Of a DNA stretch of 64,000 bases, positions 62,585 through 64,000 are shown in pieces (positions within the stretch are counted from its first letter, which is position 1; every line of letters starts with the position of its first letter). The translations under genes and the position numbers were made by a program. The DNA comes from Eutreptiella sp. 'Long Island Sound 2002'. Lineage: Eukaryota; Protista; Euglenida. The notes under the pieces are model-generated. The model searched no databases and was not told the origin of the DNA. It was given only the letters and a program-made list of their open reading frames with translations. Location of the stretch: positions 141,422,001-141,486,000 of the forward strand of contig OZ038378.1 in the NCBI GenBank assembly GCA_964036045.1, written 5' to 3'.

Positions 62585-64000
62585 ATCTGTACTTTTAGAG
62601 GTAGATCCTTGTGCAGTGCTGGGCGGGACGCCCCATTTGGCTCAGGTCTGCTGAGGCCTCTGTGGAATGTTGGACCCCCCCCTTCTGAGGAATCAGAAGC
62701 TCTGTGGTTGGCTGGTTAAGTATCCAGAGTGTTTGCTCTCCCATGCCTCGTCAGAAAAAGCGGGCGGGCGACGTCCTCGGCTTTGGTCTCCTCCAGCCCC
62801 TGTGGGTGTGTGTGTGTGGGCGGTTCACTGGTTCACGTAGACTAAATGCGTCAGGGGTCCAAGTGGGTGCAAGATGATGACTAGAGCGCACCCAAATGGA
62901 TTGGTGTATCCCTGGAGGACGGCTGCTACTCGATGGTGAAAGGTGCCCCTGTCTGCCGCCCTGCCCCGTGCACGACACCGGATGCAGAGCTAAACACTAG
63001 TTCCTGCGACGCAGATCCATACGCAGATCAGGCACCAGCGAGGTCAGCCCTCAGTGACCGCTGGAGTCATGCGCGCCGGGAAGGCACGCCTGCTGCAGTG
63101 CATGCTCGGGCCATAGGGACATTGCAGTGAGCTGAACTGGGCTGGGCTGTGGGCTGGGCTGGGCCTTTGACCCTACAAACAGCGCCAGTACTACATCCAC
63201 AGGGCAGTGCTCCCTGAACTAGCATATGCATGTCCCAAGGCAATCATTCTTTCCCACAAATTGACGAAGGCATAGCACAGAATCATCCTCAAAAGCATGG
63301 CCCTTCGCAAACTCGGGAGGAAATGATTTCGCAACAGAAAAGGTCCCAAGCGAAGTCACCCAAGGTGCCTCGTAATGGGCCGGAGACTCGTATCGTGCTT
63401 GGTTTGAGCAGGCCGACTGCCGGGTGGCTCCACTTTGAATAAGGGGGTATGCACCTCCCCTTCACATGCACCCTGCACGTGGCACGCCAAGGCCCCCCCA
63501 CCCAGACGCTGGGACCCCCTCATACAGCAATTCTGGGCCGCGCACCGGGACGGGAAACCTTTAGTCTTTCACTTTGGAGAAATCATGGCGTTGTACAGTG
63601 TGCGCAGCACGCCACTGTTCGAGTGGGTAAGGAGGGTTCAAGGCCCCACGTCAATGCACCCACCCTGTCACTTACTTTCCCACTTTCTGGCCTGAACCCC
63701 AGTTGGCTTTCAGGAGTACTGCAGGGTTGCACCAGTCTGCGTCCCTGCATTGGTTGCCCGACATGCTTCGTGCCTGATACATGGTGTGTGCCTCGCACCA
63801 TAGCTGCTTGGGTCACATGTGTGAAACCCCTCCGCACCACCATCAGAGCTCAAAAACACCACCGGGGTGCCAGGCATTCAATCCCTTCTTGTGGCCACCC
63901 TCATCCCATATTTGTAAATTATGTGTCATATTTGTAAATTAAAATGTTGCCAATAACTTTAGAATCGTCGCTTTGCCACGGATCAGGGTGGGGACAAGAG
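62585..64000 (-). mobile_element. CA-tailed retroelement family A, diverged copy A2 (probably extends beyond the window)
   Basis: atctgtacttttagaggt.gatccttgtgcag...ctcaggtctgctgaggcctc...tatccagagtgtttgctctc is shared with 39955-40160. Weaker similarity continues to about 63130, with degenerate coding-like sequence beyond. Confidence 0.6.

Noticed and set aside
1-64000. rRNA, tRNA, snRNA or spliced-leader RNA genes
   Set aside because: No recognisable conserved motifs by eye; a covariance-model search was not possible.

Overview
Eukaryotic, repeat-rich, intron-rich genomic DNA, probably from a large-genome protist. A euglenozoan is suggested only by inference, from the GT-R-Y-G type splice donors and the PPEF architecture. 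Most of the window is one minus-strand gene for a PPEF/rdgC-type Ser/Thr protein phosphatase. I assembled it by hand from 19 in-frame GT-AG exons (about 20,428-62,181, about 1,260 aa). It has an intact PPP catalytic domain, about 8 EF-hand-like loops and a Ser-rich tail; the central exons are firm, while exon 2 and the last five exons are tentative. A second minus-strand gene for an unknown membrane protein lies at about 15.1-18.5 kb. The introns and the 0-14 kb region are a nested mobile-element landscape: a LINE-like 3' fragment, a DIRS-type RT pseudogene split by a TA-TSD element, foldback-like elements, a hAT-type MITE pair, a pogo-like transposase fragment, and a pure 43-bp satellite of about 7.5 kb (about 174 copies) filling one intron. 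The most system-like signal is two families of retroelement-like 3' ends that all terminate in (CA)n microsatellites, are co-oriented, and are stacked head-to-tail; in one family the reading frame runs straight into the CA tail. No rRNA, tRNA or CRISPR array was seen. All calls come from reading the sequence by eye; no database searches were run.
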